Counted from the stretch's first letter, positions 1 through 13,576 are shown. The stretch: 64,000 nt of DNA from Octopus vulgaris (GCA_951406725.2 OX597827.1:20522001-20586000); one strand, 5' to 3'. Numbers and translations are program-made. Notes: a model not told the origin generated them from the letters alone.

Positions 1-165
1 CAGAGATATGGCTGTGATTAAGAAGCTTGCTTCCCAGCGATATGTTTTTTGGTTTAGTTCCACTACTTTCTGCCTTGGCAAATGTTTTCCATTACAAACT
101 CAGGTCAAACAAAGCCTTGTGAGTGGATTTAGTGGATGGAAACTGAAAGAAGCCCATCTTCCACA
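1..165 (+). mobile_element. tRNA-derived SINE (decayed)
   Basis: A-box-like TGGCTGTGATTAAG and the family body (AGCTTGCTTCCCA...CCTTGTGAGTGGATTTAG..GGAAACTGAAAGAAGCCC), shared with copies at ~35712 and ~56375. Confidence 0.6.
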
Positions 166-595
166 GAAGATTAATAATAAAGGAGACTGCTTCTATAATG
201 GTGATGCTTGTCTACTCACACACACGTGTGTGAGTGTGTGTGTGTGTGCATATGTCTGCTTCTGTTGACATTATGCCATAGTTGTGAATGAGTGTCACCA
301 TTATAGAAATGATGTCCTTCATCACCAATTTTCCATGGAAACCTGTTTGACCCTGAGGAAATACCAACCTAACTTGGAAACAGAAAAGGATGAGCAGAAA
401 GTAGAGTATCCAGGTGTAGAAAATCTACCACAGGGAATTCTGTCTGACCCAAGGAAGCTTGGAAAAAGTGGATGATGATATATAGATGTGTGTGTGTGTC
501 TGTCTCTTTCTCTCTCTCTCTCCATATGTATATTATATTTACAGATATATATATATATATGTAAATATAATATGTGACAATTATTCGGTAGCCAT

Positions 596-656
596 GATTA
601 AATTCCGAGTTTCATATGTCGGGGCAGAAACCCACGCCAGCATCTCTTCAGTTATC
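596..656 (-). ncRNA. Degenerate hammerhead-ribozyme-like motif near a (TA)n tract
   Basis: Minus strand reads GATAA-CTGAAGA-[imperfect stem II]-GAAA-CTCGGAAT-TTAATC; core boxes present but helices carry mismatches. Confidence 0.4.
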
Positions 657-684
657 AGGCCATCGGAAAAAATGCTATGAAATT

Positions 685-1250
685 CATCATCGTTTAACGT
701 CCGCTTTCCATGCTAGCATGTGTTGGACCATTTGACTGTGGACTAGCGAACCAGATAGCTGCACCAGGCTCCAAACTGATCTGGCAGAGTTTCTACAGCT
801 AGATTCCCTTCCTAACGCCAACCACTCTGAGAGTGTAGTGCGTGCTTTTAAGTGCCACCGGCACGAGGGCCAGTCAGGCGGTACTGGCAACAGCTGTGCT
901 CATATAGTGTTTTTTATGTGCCACTTGCACAGGAGCCAGTCCAGTGGCACTGGCAACAACCTCGCTTGAATGTTTTTTTCACGTGCCACCAGCACAAGTG
1001 CCAGTAAGGCGACACTGGTAATGATCACGCTCGAATGGTGCTTTTTACATGCCACCAGCATGGAAGCCAGTCAGCTGCTCTGGCAACGATCACGCTCGGA
1101 TGGTGCTCTTAGCGCTCCACTAGCACGGATGCCAGTCATCGAATTTGATTTCGATGCTTGAGAAGAAGACCCATCAAAACCAAGTAAAATTGCAGTCATG
1201 GCAGGTATTGGTGTCACGTAAATGGCACCTGTGCTGGTGGCACATAAAAG
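685..1250 (-). mobile_element. RTE-LINE-derived 3' end repeat with (GAT)n tail
   Basis: CATCATCGTTTAACGTCCGCTTTCCATGCTAGCATG motif recurs at ~2390, 7405, 20585, 25770 and 34575, and is contiguous with RTE coding sequence at 7403-8335. Confidence 0.7.
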
Positions 1251-2489
1251 CATCTATTACACTCTCAGAGTGGTTGGCATTTGGAAGGGCACCCAACCAT
1301 AGAAAACCATGCCAAATCAGACTGGAGTCTGGTGCAGCCTTCCAGCTTGCCAGCCCTGGTCAAACCCTCCAACCCATGCCAGCTAAATGACGATGATGGT
1401 GATATATACACACACACACACACGTACACACACACAAATATCTATGATATTGTGAGCTTTGTCTCTACATGTGTGTGGGGGGCAGGTAATAAATGTTGTC
1501 ATAAAGACAACATTATGTTAAATCATTCAAGTCTCGGCTTGTCTGTAACCCCCACCAACCCCACTTTTCTCCTGTTTCTTTTTTTTTTTTCTTTCACTTG
1601 ATATATTGTCAACCTGGGTGCATGTGTATATATGTTTTGTGATGGAATGTCTTAGTGCATACCCATACATCCTTTCTGCTCTCCAGCTGTCCTTGTTTAT
1701 TTTATGATCCCTGTTTCCAAAGGAAAAACTGCCAGACTACCTTCTATCACTCCACGCTCTCTCTCCTGACATAGCTATACAAACATTGACTCCATGCTGC
1801 TGCTGCACTTGTTGCTGCTGCTGCTGCACTTGTTGCTGCTGCACTTGTTGCTGCTGCACTTGCTGCTGTCACTGTTGTTTCTAAATTTGTTAATTTATTA
1901 CATTATTAATTCAACAAAATATTAATTAAATAATGGACTAATTATAACAATAACAATTAACTATAACAACAGTCATTCATTATAAAAGCAGCAGTTAATT
2001 ATGATACCAACATTTGATTTTAACAGTAACAATTAATTAAAATAGCAGCAGTGTCGTTAAGCATCCTTCATTAAAATTCTACATAATATGTTCAAATCAT
2101 CATAAGACAGTGTATCTCTGGTGGAATGGCTGAGGATACCAGAGTTGACTGAAATTATATAAAAAGGTGCAATGCATGGCTGTATGATTAAGAACTTTGC
2201 CATGTATCCATGTGGTTCCAGGATCAATTCCACTTTACAGAACCTTGAGCATGTATTTTCTCATATAACTTTGGGTCAACCAATGCACAATGAGTGGAAT
2301 GTTAATCAGTGGAAACTTTTGAGCTTCCATTATGTATTCATGTGTACATGCATGCATGTGTATGTGGTTGCATACATATATATATATCATCATCATCATC
2401 ATCGTTTAACGTCCGCTTTCCATGTTGGCATGGGTTAGGCGATTTGACTGGGCACTGGTGAGCCAGATGGCTGCACCAGGCTCACAAAC

Positions 2490-3366
2490 ATGGTAGACAG
2501 TTTAGACTACAAACAGACCATTGCTTATTGCTAATGATTTATGGATCCAAGAAAGGAATTCCAGTACATACAGCAAGCAGGTTGCAGCAATGGGGCACCA
2601 TATTACTAAGTTACAATTATGCAACGGAATATTTACCTTTGAAAAAATTAGGACATGCTGATGACCTATCTAGGTTAATACCCAGAAATGGCAAACCATT
2701 CGAGGACACACTAATAGCAGCCCTAAGAGCCGAAGGGAAAATTAAACACATAATGTGGAACATTGTACGAGAGTTACCAATAACTCTGGAGGAGGTAGAG
2801 TGACACATGTCAAAAGACAAGTTTATTAATGAAACCAAAAAATTCTGTGGTCAATGAAAGAAAACTAAAAAAGGTTCAGTAAGAAGAAAACGAGTTGTAA
2901 ACATATCTTCAACATGTGATGGTATACTAATGTATGGCCAAAGGGTAGTGATACCTGAGGCTTTACAAAAAAAGAGTGTTAAGAAAATTCCATATTGGAC
3001 ATCCAGGTCGTATAAAAATCGAAAACAGTACTGGGAAGAAGGTAAAATTACAAAGTACATAGGGAAAATGATGTATGGAGTAAAAAGCAAAAAAGGTATT
3101 GAAAAAAGACGCAGAAATCAATTAAAGAAGAGATTCATAGAAAATGAACCAGACAGATTGGAAGAACCTATGGAATGGTTGTATGACACATTCCAGGTAT
3201 CAACACCATTACAGGTGGTTGAATCCATGCATACAAGTGGAAGAAAAAGAAAGAACAGAGTTCCTTCAAAGAGACATCAAAAGGAAAAAAATATGCCAAA
3301 AAGGGAGAAGGGGTGAATAAAGCTAAAATAAAATAACTTCCCAAAGAAAAAAACTAAAAGGGGAGA
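2490..3366 (+). mobile_element. Ty3/Gypsy LTR retrotransposon pol remnant (RNase H/connector, internally deleted) with polypurine tract
   Basis: ORF 2528-2803 LMIYGSKKGIPVHTASRLQQWGTILLSYNY..GHADDLSRL is typical Gypsy RNase H; MYGQRVVIPEALQ follows; PPT AAAAGGGGAGA at 3356-3366 sits immediately before TG. Confidence 0.8.
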
Positions 3367-4141
3367 TGTTGTAGTGAAAATGGTACTCCCCTTCCTACAT
3401 GACAAAGTGGTATGAACCAGCCATTATAAAGTCAGACAGTCAGTCATTGTAGAAGGTCAGTAGTAGTAGAGTCATTGTACAAGTTCTCAGTTGGAATCAG
3501 TGTCAGTTATGTGATATATACAAGTTCGAGTTACCGTCAAGGTAGATGTTTCAAAGTCATTATCTTGCAGAGCTATCAGTGATAGCACAATAGATAAGTC
3601 AAAGATGATAAAATGCAGAATATCGCCACATCATAGAGCCAACAACTACATGCAAGTGGATGAGGATCCACATTATAACAATGGGGTTAACTGAACACCA
3701 GGCTATTTTCAAGGTTATACTTTGAAAACTTCCACCCCTAATAGAAGATGAAGACCACTCAACTACATTGATGTTTTTGGCAGAGACAAACAACATGAAA
3801 TTAAGAATCTACTAAAACTAATGAGTGATAAAGACTTCTAGTTTGTCTTGATGACAGCCAATGGAAGAAAAAGAAGACCATTTTAGGTGATTCTATCATT
3901 ATTGATTCTGTGATATTTTGGAGCTGGTTATGGCAGTTGTTGGAGCAATTGGTAGATGTGGTGCCTGCCCTCAGATCAACCTTATTTGCCACATTGCTGT
4001 CTCATGATTGGATCATAGTCTTCAGATTTAGCAGATGTTGGTACAATGTGGTCCTTGAATGTTATTACAGGAATAATTTTTATACATCAGGGTCTTTAGT
4101 ATTGTATGTTCTGGTTGACATAGAAACATTATGACTACACA
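3367..4141 (+). repeat. Probable 3' LTR of the Gypsy remnant (right end uncertain: ~3795 or ~4141)
   Basis: Starts TGTTGTAGT directly after the PPT; candidate ends ...ACAACA (3795) or ...ACTACACA (4141). Confidence 0.4.
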
Positions 4142-5653
4142 AAATTTGTGCCATTAGAAAAATCTAGCTATTTATGTGGTGGTGATGATGATGATGACAC
4201 CTACACCGACAGCAGTGGGGATACAAATGTGTTCTGGACTTGAAATTTTTTATTTCTTTCTCTCTAAGAGAGAGGGAGAGGTGGGCATTATAAAATTTGT
4301 AACATTTTTTCCAAATCAATTTCCTGGCATTTTTTCAAATTAGCTGAGAAAGTTTTCCGTTGTTGTTGGACTGAGCTGAATTATTAACAAAAGCCTTCCA
4401 TCTGTCCATGTTCTTTGATCAATGAAGTAATAAATGGACAAGAATTTATTTGGTTATGGAGCTGACTTGAAGAATGGTGGGTGCTGCTGGTTGAAGCTTT
4501 TGGTTGTGGAGCCAATTAGTTTTTTTCTTAAATTAAAAACTGGATTAAGAGTGGAAGAGCAATGGTGGTAGTAGTAGAACTGTGTATTGTAGTAGTAGCA
4601 GCAGCAGCAGTTGTGTGTTTGTGGATGTGGTGGTAAGTTTTTAATTGAAAAGATATTATGGCAACTTGACAATTGGAAGTGGTGGTGGTGGTGACAAGGG
4701 GAGTGGGAGAGATGGGGGGGAGGGGTAGTGTCTTATCGTATTAACAATAATGTTGTAATGTTATGTGATATCACTGACGTTGTTTTACATGGATATCTCA
4801 GTGGATAAACTCTTAATACAATAACAATACTTTTAGATATCATATGATATGATGGGTGGGGGATCTGCTATTATCATCACCAGCACCATCTCCATTTCGA
4901 CTATTAGAGATATATTGGTAAATTATCACTGCTGTTGAACATGACCATCACTACTGAAGAGATATTGTTACACCCCAATGAAAGAACCTTTATGTGGTTG
5001 CTTGACCTGCTGGAAATAGCAACCAAGTCTCTCTGAAACAACATTCTGTCTTAAAAAGGGAAGGACACACATTAGATAATGATATTCTAGATTCTCCTTC
5101 ATAAGACTGAGTGGTCATGGCTGGAAGGCCTTTGATCATGGATCTAAACACCACAAACACCAGCAATGACAACACCAGCAACAACAACACCAGCTGTCCT
5201 TTTGGAGCGTGACACTTTGACTACTCAGTTTTTTTATTTTGTGTACATATGTCCACCACCATCACCACCACCACACCACCAATCTACTGTGTCATTTATC
5301 GTCCACCACCACTGCTACCAAGTGTTAGCAGTAGTTTCAGTGCTGGAACTATTAATTGTCTCAAGACATAAACAACAGTGACACACACTTTTCACCTGAC
5401 AGTATGATGTGTGTGAAATTTCTTCAGTTTAAGGGGACAGAAATATTTTCACCAGCACCAGCACCACCACCAGCACCATCACCACCACTACCACCACCAC
5501 TACCACCACCACTATCACCACCACCGTGTACACTTGAAACATTATTTCGTTGTAAGGTAAGGAGGTTTTTATATACACATACATACAACACATAAACGTA
5601 TTTATATACACACAAGCATAAATTGAAATGTCTTTTGTTTTTGTTTTTTTCAG

Positions 5654-5839
5654 TCATTGGTTGCCAGTGGAAATGATGGTCTGATTTCTGAAAAGCTGGG
5701 CACTGCCAATAGTATCAACAGTATTGTAAACCACGATGATGGCAGTAATGGTTGTGGGCGAGAGGTGAGCAGGGTGGCCGCCTGGGCTGTCAGCTTCAAC
5801 CGACTTTTGGAAGATCCTGCTGGTGTGGAAGTGTTCACA
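5654..5839 (+). CDS. RGS12: RGS12/loco-like exon (start of RGS domain)
   Basis: tttcag acceptor and gtaagt donor; 62 codons SLVASG...RVAAWAVSFNRLLEDPAGVEVFT match R12-family RGS helices 1-3. Confidence 0.92.
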
Positions 5840-6587
5840 GTAAGTTATTCATCACTCAAACATACTGAGGATTGTGGGTGGCAGGAAAATCGGTAGAGCA
5901 ATGGATTAAGTGCCTTGTGGTACTTAATAGTACCATTTTATATATACTTAGTTCAAATACCGCCAGGATGAACTTTGTATTTCCTCCTTCTACATTTTAT
6001 TGAAGGAATACCATTGATGGACTGGGGGTAGATTTTAAGGACCCTGAAGAATAAAAGGCAAAAATCTTTCCTTTTTCTGACCTCAATTGATTTCTTTGTA
6101 TTGATTGATTTACAGTGGATCAATCATTGGTTCATTAGTGAGAGTGACAAGGGAATATTCGTAGCTTGGAGTAGAACAAATATTACAAAATATTTCATTG
6201 GAAGTGTACTGAGTCTCTCCAATGTTTATATCTTTCATTGATATACAGTAGTGAAAGTTTATATATATATATATATATATCTGAAAGGTATTAGTATCCA
6301 GAAGACCCAAGGTGGCAGGTAACGCTATGGAAGGGCTGTAGTTAAACTCTCGGTTCGATAATGATACAAGTGAAGAGTCTAATGTAGATCTGGTATGGAC
6401 AGAAAGCATTTCTACCACTTCTACACACCACTTTCCTTGGATAATGGAACTGCAATTATAACATTTTTATTTTCATTTCTACAGACATTCTTATATTTCC
6501 CTATATACTTCTTATTTGCTTCCTTTTCCAAAATAACTCCTCATATTGAACTCTAATATTTCCCTCTATTTAACCATCTCACATTGT

Positions 6588-6632
<45 letters not shown>

Positions 6633-6633
6633 A

Positions 6634-6886
6634 AAAATAAATGCGCCCTTTTAAAGCCTAGCCAAGCTCATGGGCCCGGTTTCCTGGTTTCTATGGCATA
6701 TGTGTTCCCCAGCTGGATGGGACGCCAGTTCATCGCAGCGTTACTCATTTTTGCCAGCTGAGTGGACTGGAGCAACATGAAATGAAGTATTTTGCTCAAG
6801 AACACAATGCTTCACCCGGTTCAGGAATCGAAACCGCAATCTTACAATCGTGATGCTGACACCCTAACCACTAAGCCACGCGCCTT
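6634..6886 (-). mobile_element. tRNA-derived SINE
   Basis: Minus strand begins GGCGCGTGGCTTAGTGGTTAGG (A box) and contains GGTTTCGATTCC (B box); lies within TA/CA microsatellites. Confidence 0.75.
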
Positions 6887-7402
6887 CACATATATATACT
6901 CACACACACACACACATACACATATATATATAATCTCATCATATTTGGTATGAGTTGGACACACACACACACACTTCACATTTTCTGTTTACCAATTCCA
7001 ATCAGTTGTGATCACAAGGTTTTGCTTAAGCTGACACTGTTGTTGAAGACATTTCCCTAAAGTGCTGTGTAGTGGGTTTGAACCTAGACCCTATATAGTT
7101 GCAATGCAAGCATCTTAACCACATAGCCATACCAATTTATGACAACTTTCAGTGTGAGCCAGTCTTCTTGGATTTGGCAATACTTCAACTGTTTAAACTC
7201 TTGACCTTTTTGAGACATGGGTTTGGCCAGCATTTCCCACCTGCTGTACCTTCTTCATTCAGAGCAATAAATTACTGAATAAGATTTTGTGTTTGGGGTG
7301 GAATTGGTAATTGCATTTATTTTTGTGAGATTAACTTTATATTGCTTCTTATCAGAAACTCAAACAGAAAAAGCTTATCAGCTTTAAGTTATTTATTCAA
7401 AA

Positions 7403-8335
7403 TCATCATCATCATTATTTAACATCCGCTTTCCATGCTGGCATGGGTTGGACGGTTTGACTGAGGACTGGCAAGCCAGAAGGCTGCACCAGACTCCAAT
7501 CTGATCTGGCAAGGTTTCTACAGCTGGATGCCCTTCCTAATGCCAACTACTCTGAGAGTGTAGTGGGTACTTTTTATGTGCCACCAGCATGAGGGCCAGT
7601 CAGGCGGCACTGGCATCAGCCATGACAACAATTTCACTTGACTCAACAGGTCTTCTCAAACACAGTATATTGCCAGACGACTGTAGGGTACTCTTAAATG
7701 GGCTGATTATGTGACACTGGCATTGGCCATGACTACGATCTCACTTGGCTTGCCAGGTCTTCTTAAGCACTGCACATCTCCGAAAGTCTCAGTTGCTTGT
7801 CATTGCCTCCATGATGCCCAACGTTCAAAGGTCATGCTTCACCACCTCATCTCAGGTCTTCTTGGGTCTACCTCTTCCACAGATTCCCTCCACTGTTAGG
7901 ATGTGACACTTCTTCATACAGCTATCCTCATCCATACGCAACACCTGACCATACCAGTGCAGTCATCTCTCTTGCACACCACATCTGATAGTTCTTATGT
8001 CCAACTTTTCTCTCGGGGCACTTACACTCTGTCGTGCATCCACGCTGACATTACACATCCAGCGGAGCATACCAGCTTCATTTCTTTCAAGCCTACACAT
8101 GTCCTCAGCAGTCACTGCCCATGTTTCACTGCTGTGTAGCATAGCTGTTAGCACACATGCATCATACAATCTACTTTTCAATCTATGTGAGAGGCCCTTT
8201 CTTACCAGCAGAGGTAGGAGCTCTCTAAACTTTGCCCAAGCTATTCTTATTCTAGCAGCTACATTCTTAGAGCATCTACCCCTGCTACTGACTGGGTCAC
8301 TTAGGTAACAGAAGCTACCAATTCTAGTTTTTCCC
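7403..8335 (-). mobile_element. RTE non-LTR retrotransposon 3' fragment
   Basis: ARIRIAWAKFRELLPLL..RLYDACVLTAMLHSSETWA..RLERNEAGMLRWMC (RTE post-RT region), followed by 3' UTR and (GAT)n tail. Confidence 0.85.
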
Positions 8336-10109
8336 CCTGGCATGTGATCGAATCTGTTTTCTGTACATCTTTGGTGTTTATCATAATCTTTATTGTAAGA
8401 AAAAAATTTGTATACAATTAATAGAGAAATATTTAAATGGCTTACATAACTAGTGTCAAAATATTTCATACACACACACACATAAATGTACCAGAAAGAC
8501 AAATTTAAAATATTGTATAAGATTTTGTAGTTTCTCAAAGTATGGAAAGCTATCATAATTCTCTCTCTCTCTCTCTCTCTCTCATAAGAAAAAGAGGATA
8601 TGAAAAGAAAAAATGTGTAAACAATCATAATGTTTGAGCTTGACTACTGACAAGACAGTAAGGTTTGAGGGTTAAATAAGCAAAAGAAAATCCAGCCTGC
8701 CAGTCCTAAACTGAATCTGTTTCCACAGCCATTTGGGAGGTCTTCTTGTTGCAAGTCAAAAGTGAAGCAATGTAAATATTTAACTTCATAGACTTCCCAA
8801 TATAAAAATGTTTTCCTTCATTTTGACAAGGACACAGGTTATGTTACGTTGGGGAAACAAGCAATAAATTGAGCCAACTATGATGAATCACTGGTAATGA
8901 ACAATGAAATTATTCAATGAAGTTGGAAATAACTTTAAGAAGAGGTTAAGGAGGTGTGTCTTATAATTACATTGTTTCTGGTTTGATCCCACAAGCTTTA
9001 TGGGGGAAATTAGAGATGGAGACTATAAAGAAGTGAGAGGATCCGTATATGTTCTTAATTTGTTGTAATTGGTCACCCAGTTTAAAGCCAGCCCCCTGGT
9101 CCTTGGCTACTTTTAGTAGAGCCCACTCTGTTGTCATCCAGTTTAACACTACCACCTGGTCCTTGGCTATCTTTAGTAGAGTTCACTTTATTGCTTGCAT
9201 CCAGAGCAAGTCTCTACTTTGGTAATGGTTCATCAATCACAGCTAATCCCATCCACTCCTGTATCAGGCCTAAAAATTGTACAAAAATGTTGTGTTTGTT
9301 GTCTTTACTCTTCAGAATAAATCACAAAATACACACATACACATGCATACCCCCTACCCACCCACAAAATTCCAAAATATTATTCTACCTCATTAATAAG
9401 TGTTGTTGTCTCACCTGTCAAAAACTACAAGATGAAGAAAAAGAAATGGGTGGAAAGGGCTTTAAAGAGTCTATGTTTGTTAAAGCAAGACCTGTCTGTT
9501 CTCTTGGAAACATTTGCCTGACATTCACAGACTGGTTTTTCTCCCTACCTATATCTTCCTTTAAGAGGCCATCAATGTTTCATAGACAATTTTACTATTA
9601 TTGTCTGTCTGTCTGTCTGTCTTTCTCTCTCTCTCACACACACATGCTGCATACACATATACACACTAATGTATTAAAGTTTAATGTAAAACCATGTTGG
9701 TGGGGAGATGGTGTTGTGAAGTTGCATTAGGTGTCTGTGGTAGAATTAGACAAAAGATGATTTGGGGAAATAAATGGTCAGAGCTGGGAACGTTGTTTTT
9801 CACTGATGCAGTTCATCAGCTGATGTTGCTTTCTCTTCCATTTAACATTTTAATGCCTGCAACAACAAACATAACTAGATAAAAACGAAGACGATAATGG
9901 TTCTTCTCTAAAATGTACATACACACACACATACAGAATAATTAGATATAAATGTTCCTCCACATAAACACACATCAATGATACCCACATACACACACTC
10001 TGCCTTATACATATACGTTCACTGCCATACACTTTTCCTGCATTCATCTTGATCCATAGAACTTAATCTTCTGCAGATTAGGGCACTGACCCATTACCTT
10101 TGGAACACT

Positions 10110-10485
10110 TACTCTTTTACATGTATCAGTCATTTGACTGCTGCCATGCTAGAGCATTACCTTAAAGGGGTTTTTTTAGTCAACGAAATCAACCCCAGGA
10201 CTTATTCTTTGTAAGCCCAGTACTTATTCTATCAGTCTCTTTTGCCAAAATGCTAAGTTATGGAGACATAAACACACCAGCATCGGTTGTCAAGCAATGG
10301 TAGGGTGTGGTGGGGAACAAAAAGACATATATACATACACGTATATATACGATGGGCTTCTTTCAGTTTCCATCTCCCAAATCCACTCACATGGCTTGGT
10401 CGGCCCAAAGCTATAGTAGAAGACGCTTGCCCAAGGTGCCATGTGATCAGGAAGCAAGCTTCTTACCACACAGCCGTGCCTGTGC
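10110..10485 (-). mobile_element. SINE (same family as 35712-36065)
   Basis: Reverse-complement similarity (CAGTCATTTGACTG..GCCATGCT, TTTCAGTTTCC, CCACACAGCC). Confidence 0.65.
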
Positions 10486-10547
10486 CAATTTAATTATCTT
10501 AATTATCATTTTACTTGATTGTGAATCCTTTTTATTTCCCAAAACAG

Positions 10548-10634
10548 GATTTTCTACAGAAAGAGTTTAGTGAAGAGAATATTCACTTTTGGTTAGCAGT
10601 TGATGATTTTAAGAGGTCACTTGATGTGAATAAG
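10548..10634 (+). CDS. RGS12: RGS12-like exon (RGS domain)
   Basis: aacag/gtcagt splice sites, phase 0-0; DFLQKEFSEENIHFWLAVDDFK contains the RGS signature EFSEENxxFW; absent from the ORF track. Confidence 0.95.
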
Positions 10635-11463
10635 GTCAGTATGGCTTCATTATTAGGTGTCACATGTGTGTATGTGTTTACATGATTATGCATGCTTCTC
10701 TGTGTGTGTATATATGTATATATGTGTGTGTGTATATATGTATATGTGTGTGTGTGTATAATATATATATATATTATGTTTAGTCCTTGCCTTAATGCCT
10801 CCTTTTCCATTCTTGCCTGGATTGGATGATGCCAACCCTTGATGCCAACCCTTACCTGTTTCAAACAAAGGTGATAATCTGCCAGTGTGTTGAACAACAA
10901 ACTGCCCAGGCATTGTTGTTATGAAAAGAACTGGAAACAAACCACACCTTTTGTAGAATCTAAGCTGTTTTGAATTTACAAAGATTGCACATGTCAAGAC
11001 ATGTTAAGAGGTCGACATGCTTTCATGGTGGACTGCAAGTAAATGAACCCATCTTTTAAGGACAATGAGATTTTGTTTACAGTTAAGGAACACATGTGAA
11101 GATGAGGAGAAATACCCACACTCACACACACATAACACGCTTCTTCCATTTCCGTTGAACAATTTCACTCACAAAGTATTGGTCAACCCATGACTATAAT
11201 ACAAGACACCAGCTGATAGTGTCCATACAGTGGGATTGAATCCCTAACTGCATGGTTTCAAGGTCTCTTAACCACACATCCATGCTTCTGTGTACTCGTG
11301 TGTGTGTGTGTGTGTGTGTGATTTCATGTTGGTTGGTGATAGGAAGAGCATCCCTTTGTTAAAATAATTCTCACATATTTGCAAAAATTTTTTGTAGTTT
11401 CTAATCCCCAACCCTGGCCCTTCATATATTTCTTAACTTGAACCTTCTCTTTTCCACCGCCAG

Positions 11464-11610
11464 AGAAATTCTATTGCGTCTGAGATTTTTGCAAAGCATC
11501 TTGGTCCAGGAGCTTCAGAACCTGTGAATGTTGACAGTTTAGCTCGGCAGACAGCAGAGCAGTTATTAGGCAAACCCACCTCAACCATGTTTGATGCTGC
11601 TCAGAGACAG
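11464..11610 (+). CDS. RGS12: RGS12-like exon (RGS domain)
   Basis: ccag/gtaaga splice sites, phase 0-0; RNSIASEIFAKHLGPGASEPVNVDS..MFDAAQRQ. Confidence 0.95.
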
Positions 11611-11625
11611 GTAAGACCTCTTTGT

Positions 11626-11807
11626 ACATTATGTACGTTATTTACATTTGATGGATATCTATCCTCATCTTGTTTGTTGTTAACACAACATTTCGGCTGA
11701 TATACCCTCCAGCGTTCATCAGGTGTCGTGAGGAAATTTCGAACCTGGGTTCTCATTCCTAAGGTATTTTTCGATGTTATTATTATTCCAGGCAGTGACC
11801 TGAATAA

Positions 11808-11872
<65 letters not shown>

Positions 11873-12114
11873 ACAACAACAGCAACAAAACAACAACAAC
11901 AGCAACAACAACAACAACAACAACAACAGCAACAACAACAACATTGAAAAATACCTTAGGAATGAGAACCCAGGTTCAAAATTTCCCCAAGACACCTGAT
12001 GAAGGCTGGAGGGTGTATCAGCCGAAACATAGTGTTAACAACAAACAAGATGAAGACAAATATCTGTCAAATGTAAATAATGTACATAATTCCTCATCTC
12101 TTAAATATAGAACT
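11626..12114 (+). mobile_element. Non-autonomous hammerhead retroelement, 5'-truncated with inverted 5' arm (Penelope-type), 15-bp TSD
   Basis: ~160-bp inverted arms (from 11628 and ending ~12090); CTGATGA..GAAA motifs at 11991-12036(+) and 11682-11727(-); direct repeat GTAAGACCTCTTTGT at 11611-11625 and 12115-12129; second copy at 54421-54879. Confidence 0.8.
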
Positions 12115-12526
12115 GTAAGACCTCTTTGTCTATCATTTATTTACACTGGAGGACTTTGGTACCAAACTAGTCTCTTGTTTATATATGTACTGAGGACCTT
12201 ATTATTAAACTACTGAATGGAAGAATGCTGGTTGCACAGCTTTGAGACAACTAGAAGCAATGATGTTTAAGTCACATGACATATTTAGTCTTCTACCATC
12301 ATCTCATTGCTAGAGCTTCTTGTTTTCGTCAGCTTCAACAAATTTTGTGTATTAGATACTTGCTGACCCCAAGATAATATTTTGTAGAGAACTGGATATA
12401 AATAATTGATGTGGCACCATTGTATGACGTAAAACACAGCAAACCAACAAGGGCAGCCTCTATGCAGTTGCTTAACCTGTTAGAAATAGCAACTAAATCT
12501 CTCAGATTAAGCCATATCAACTTTAA

Positions 12527-12747
12527 CCCTTTAGTGTTCGCATTATTCTACCAAAATTAATGCTTTTTCATCCACATTGCCTTGAACTAATCAGGCATTA
12601 TCTTGTAGCTATGAGATTCTGATGAGGTAGCTGTTAATTTTTAAAAGGATATTGTAGGGTTGGTGTGAGAGACCAGATCTGGTCATTTTGAACATAAAAC
12701 AGGCAGAATACTTTTGGCCGAATATGGCCGGTTTAAATGCTAAAGGG
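12527..12747. mobile_element. piggyBac-type MITE
   Basis: TTAA|CCCTTTAG ... CTAAAGGG|TTAA termini; homologous copy at 14387-14605. Confidence 0.8.
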
Positions 12748-13576
12748 TTAAAAAGGGCATATTGAGCAATGTTACACTAGATATATAAGAAGACTGGACG
12801 TTTAATGGCCATACTGTGATTATCAGGACTGATCTGCAGCTAAACAACATATATTAAAAGCTTTTAGAGGGTGAAAGGCAGATCTAAACAATAATGTGGA
12901 AACAAATTCAATATTGTGGACATGTTTCTCTCGCTTTATTGTATGTCCACTTAGAGTGATGCTGGAGATGTATCAAAGGTTTGGTTTATAAATACGCAAA
13001 CTCTGGCATACATATATACTCTCATGAATAGTCATCGTCTCCTCCTCCTCCTCCTCTACTAAAGGCACAAGACCTGAAATTTGCTGGGAGGAGATTAGTT
13101 GATTACATCAACCCACTGGTTCTTAATCTATTGACCCTGAAAGGGTGAAAGTAAAAAATCAACCTTGACAGAATTTGAACTCAGAATGTGAAGATGGGCG
13201 AGATATCGTTAAGCATCTTGTCCAGCATGCTAATGATTCTGCCAACTTGCCACCTTAATAATAATAATGATGATGATGATGATGATGATGATGGGGATGG
13301 TGGTGGTGGTGGTCACTCCCTTCGATTTTAATGTATGAGTGTTTGAAGGAGTTGATTTAAAGAAAATGAAAATGATGATAATAATAATAATAATAAGTCT
13401 CTGTACTATAGGCACAGTTGACCTCGGTAGAATTTGAATTCAAGACATAAAAAGTTAGACCAAAATGTTGCTGAGTATTTTGTCCAACATGGTAGCAACT
13501 CTGCCAGTTTACTACCATATTAGCAGTAGCAGTAGTAGCAGCAGCAGTTATAATGTTGATGATTTATTTTTATCAG

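Noticed and set aside
9131-9730. 199-aa ORF (similarly 19031-19528 and 39321-40043)
   Set aside because: Intronic or LINE-UTR sequence with no motifs and no supporting splice structure
11601-12216. Overlapping poly-Ser/Thr/Leu/Tyr ORFs
   Set aside because: Produced by (TAG)n(AAC)n and the inverted arms of the hammerhead element
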